A stretch of DNA of 8,580 nt from a virus. Taxonomy: Duplodnaviria > Heunggongvirae > Uroviricota > Caudoviricetes. This document shows positions 6,398-8,580 of the stretch, one piece after another. A model generated the notes under the pieces. That model did not search any database and had not been told where the DNA came from. It was given only the letters and a program-made list of their open reading frames with translations. A program made the position numbers and the translations under genes. Numbering within the stretch: position 1 is the first letter of the stretch; the number at the start of each line of letters is the position of its first letter. The DNA is taken from the IMG/VR virus record IMGVR_UViG_2547132270_000009. One strand, written 5' to 3'.

Positions 6398-6577
6398 TTA
6401 TAAAAATCCGCTATTGATAATGGCGCTGCGTACGCGATCACGCGCTTCCTTTACTGTCGTTTCTGGTAAGCCCACCATTGTTAATCCGGGTAGACCTTTG
6501 CTGATATGTACCTCAACAGTGATCGGCGGAGCATTTACTCCCAGAGCTGCGCGAGTATGAACAATTGATAGTGACAT
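6398..6577 (-). pseudogene. yifB: yifB/comM (Mg-chelatase-like AAA+ ATPase) 5' fragment, truncated after about 59 codons by the inserted element
   Basis: ATG at 6577 with GGAGGA Shine-Dalgarno. Translation MSLSIVHTRAALGVNAPPITVEVHISKGLPGLTMVGLPETTVKEARDRVRSAIINSG matches the YifB/ComM N-terminus from memory, then ends FL-stop at 6398-6400 where the full-length protein (about 500 aa) should continue. The junction is estimated at about 6400-6412. Confidence 0.8.
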
Positions 6578-6849
6578 AAGTCCTCCTTGAGTCACCATTA
6601 TGAACACAATCATTCGCTGCTGTAGCCAGCAAAATTACGACTTTTAGCGGCTGATTCCTGTTTATTTTTGCAATCGATATTGAGTTGTATTGGTGATGGA
6701 ATGATGCTCGCAAAAATGTTGCGGACAAATATTGAGCTGTTTTGTGGAGAACAAGAAACATACGGAAATTGAATTTTTTTCACTCTTCTTTTTTTATATA
6801 AAAAACAATGATCTCTATCGAAATTATTATGTGCATCATAAAAATCGGC

Positions 6850-6895
6850 CAAAAAATATCTTGTGTTATTCGCAAAATCTATGGTACCTCTTTAG
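6850..6895 (+). promoter_or_regulatory. ilvL-ilvG operon promoter region
   Basis: Candidate -35 TTGTGT (6861-6866) and -10-like TATGGT (6880-6885) 40-70 bp upstream of ilvL, but the spacing between them is only about 13 bp, so exact element assignment is uncertain. AT-rich upstream sequence (6760-6850) fits UP/IHF-type elements. Confidence 0.4.
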
Positions 6896-6929
6896 ACATT
6901 CCTTCGAACAAGATGCAAGAAAAGACAAA

Positions 6930-7028
6930 ATGACAGCCCTTCTACGAGTGATTAGCCTGGTCGTGATTAGCGTGGTGGTGATTATTATCCCACCGTGCGG
7001 GGCTGCACTTGGACGAGGAAAGGCTTAG
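6930..7028 (+). CDS. ilvL: ilvGMEDA operon leader peptide (32 aa)
   Basis: Translation MTALLRVISLVVISVVVIIIPPCGAALGRGKA, rich in Ile/Val/Leu control codons, recognised as the ilvL leader peptide; TAG stop at 7026-7028. Confidence 0.95.
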   Translation: MTALLRVISLVVISVVVIIIPPCGAALGRGKA

Positions 7029-7050
7029 AGATCAAGCCTTAACGAACTAA

Positions 7051-7085
7051 GACCCCCGCACCGAAAGGTCCGGGGGTTTTTTTTG
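7051..7085 (+). terminator. ilv attenuator, rho-independent terminator
   Basis: GC-rich stem ACCCCCG (7052-7058) pairing with CGGGGGT (7071-7077) around a GAAA loop, followed by a T-run (7077-7084), between ilvL and ilvX/ilvG. Confidence 0.9.
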
Positions 7086-7114
7086 ACCTTAAAAACATAA
7101 CCGAGGAGCAGGCA

Positions 7115-7165
7115 ATGAATAACAGCACAAAATTCTGTTTCTCAAGATTCAGGACGGGGAACTAA
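7115..7165 (+). CDS. ilvX: small protein IlvX (16 aa)
   Basis: ATG at 7115 after GAGGAGCAGG; translation [16 protein letters not shown] then TAA, matching the 16-aa IlvX small protein as I recall it; ends 2 nt before ilvG. Confidence 0.8.
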   Translation: MNNSTKFCFSRFRTGN

Positions 7166-7167
7166 CT

Positions 7168-8580
7168 ATGAATGGCGCACAGTGGGTGGTACATGCGTTG
7201 CGGGCACAGGATGTGAACACCGTTTTCGGTTATCCGGGAGGCGCAATTATGCCGGTTTACGATGCATTGTATGACGGCGGCGTGGAACACTTGCTGTGCC
7301 GACATGAGCAGGGCGCGGCAATGGCGGCAATTGGCTATGCCCGTGCTACCGGCAAAACCGGCGTATGTATCGCCACGTCTGGTCCGGGTGCAACCAACCT
7401 GATAACCGGGCTTGCGGACGCGCTGTTAGATTCCATCCCTGTCGTTGCCATCACCGGTCAGGTGTCCGCACCGTTCATCGGCACCGACGCATTTCAGGAA
7501 GTGGATGTCCTGGGATTGTCATTAGCCTGTACCAAACACAGCTTCCTGGTACAGTCGCTGGAAGAGTTGCCACGCATCATGGCTGAAGCATTCGACGTTG
7601 CCCGCTCAGGCCGTCCTGGTCCGGTTCTGGTCGATATCCCAAAAGATATCCAGTTAGCCATCGGCGATCTGGAACCGTGGTTCACCACCGTTGAAAACGA
7701 AGTAACTTTTCCACATGCCGAAGTCGAGCAAGCGCGCCAGATGCTGGCAAAAGCGCAAAAACCGATGCTGTATGTTGGCGGCGGCGTAGGTATGGCACAG
7801 GCAGTTCCGGCTTTGCGTGAATTTCTCGCTGCCACAAAAATGCCTGCCACCTGCACGCTGAAAGGGCTGGGCGCAGTTGAAGCGGATTATCCGTACTATC
7901 TGGGGATGCTTGGGATGCACGGCACCAAAGCGGCGAACTTTGCGGTGCAGGAATGTGACCTGCTGATCGCTGTGGGCGCACGTTTTGATGACCGGGTAAC
8001 CGGCAAACTAAACACCTTCGCACCGCATGCCAGCGTTATCCATATGGATATCGACCCGGCAGAAATGAACAAGCTGCGTCAGGCGCATGTGGCATTACTG
8101 GGTGATTTAAATGCTCTGTTACCGGCATTACAGCAGCCGTTAAATATCAATGACTGGCAGCAGCACTGCGCGCAGCTGTGTAGTGAACATGCCTGGCGTT
8201 ACGACCATCCCGGAGACGCTATCTATGCGCCGTTGTTGTTAAAACAACTGTCGGATCGTAAACCTGCGGATTGCGTTGTGACCACAGATGTGGGGCAGCA
8301 CCAGATGTGGGCCGCGCAGCACATCGCCCACACTCGCCCGGAAAATTTCATCACTTCAAGCGGCTTAGGCACTATGGGTTTTGGTTTACCGGCGGCGGTT
8401 GGCGCACAAGTCGCACGACCGAACGATACCGTCGTTTGTATCTCTGGTGACGGCTCTTTCATGATGAATGTGCAAGAGCTGGGCACCGTAAAACGCAAGC
8501 AGTTACCGTTGAAAATCGTCTTACTCGATAACCAACGGTTAGGGATGGTTCGACAATGGCAGCAACTGTTTTTCCTGGAA
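7168..8580 (+). CDS. ilvG: acetolactate synthase II (AHAS II) large subunit, N-terminal 471 codons; continues past the window
   Basis: Translation [81 protein letters not shown]... is a thiamine-diphosphate enzyme recognised as IlvG. Frame is open from 7168 to the window end with no internal stop. Confidence 0.96.
   Translation, partial: MNGAQWVVHALRAQDVNTVFGYPGGAIMPVYDALYDGGVEHLLCRHEQGAAMAAIGYARATGKTGVCIATSGPGATNLITGLADALLDSIPVVAITGQVSAPFIGTDAFQEVDVLGLSLACTKHSFLVQSLEELPRIMAEAFDVARSGRPGPVLVDIPKDIQLAIGDLEPWFTTVENEVTFPHAEVEQARQMLAKAQKPMLYVGGGVGMAQAVPALREFLAATKMPATCTLKGLGAVEADYPYYLGMLGMHGTKAANFAVQECDLLIAVGARFDDRVTGKLNTFAPHASVIHMDIDPAEMNKLRQAHVALLGDLNALLPALQQPLNINDWQQHCAQLCSEHAWRYDHPGDAIYAPLLLKQLSDRKPADCVVTTDVGQHQMWAAQHIAHTRPENFITSSGLGTMGFGLPAAVGAQVARPNDTVVCISGDGSFMMNVQELGTVKRKQLPLKIVLLDNQRLGMVRQWQQLFFLE

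Larger units (their letters stand above)
1..6405. mobile_element. integrated satellite-type island (P4-like / PICI-like), int-proximal part; extends beyond the left edge
   Basis: Integrase next to a truncated host gene (yifB), AlpA regulator, compact replication operon ending in an SF3 helicase/primase-like gene, and an iteron origin immediately 3' of it. The int - alpA - replication - ori order in one orientation resembles Gram-negative PICIs; the iteron sequence resembles P4. Confidence 0.75.

Noticed and set aside
6090-6852. Small ORFs 6090..6335 (+), 6375..6560 (+), 6513..6761 (-), 6610..6852 (-) and the 98-aa extension of ilvL from 6732
   Set aside because: They overlap the integrase start, the yifB fragment or the AT-rich ilv promoter region. 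The true ilvL is the 32-aa peptide from ATG 6930; the upstream extension crosses the promoter.
7365-8498. ORFs 7365..7586 (+), 7494..7856 (-), 7654..7920 (-), 7682..8023 (-) and 8223..8498 (-) within ilvG
   Set aside because: Alternative-frame or antisense ORFs inside a strongly supported ilvG coding sequence, with Arg/Cys/His-rich, non-protein-like translations.

Overview
This window looks like an enterobacterial (Escherichia-like) chromosome where the ilvL-ilvX-ilvG locus (7-8.6 kb, + strand) abuts the 5' end of yifB/comM (minus strand), which is cut short after about 59 codons by an integrated satellite-type mobile element (P4-like / PICI-like). The element occupies roughly 1-6405 and continues past the left edge. 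Reading from the junction inward, all on the minus strand except the regulator: a P4-family tyrosine integrase, an AlpA-family regulator, a Bro-N-like ORF with an unresolved 3' end, a divergently transcribed ribbon-helix-helix (YlcI/YnfO-like) protein on the + strand, then a tightly packed operon of five small overlapping genes (the first Icd-like) ending in a 601-aa SF3-type replicative helicase/primase-like protein. Directly 3' of that gene lies an iteron-type origin with nine copies of GGTGAACAG and an AT-rich tract. No rRNA, tRNA or CRISPR array was seen. All family assignments are from reading the translations and motifs by eye; no database search was run. The most interesting open questions are the small-gene operon of unknown function, the regulator/operator switch, a G9 homopolymer at an ORF junction, and the integration into yifB.
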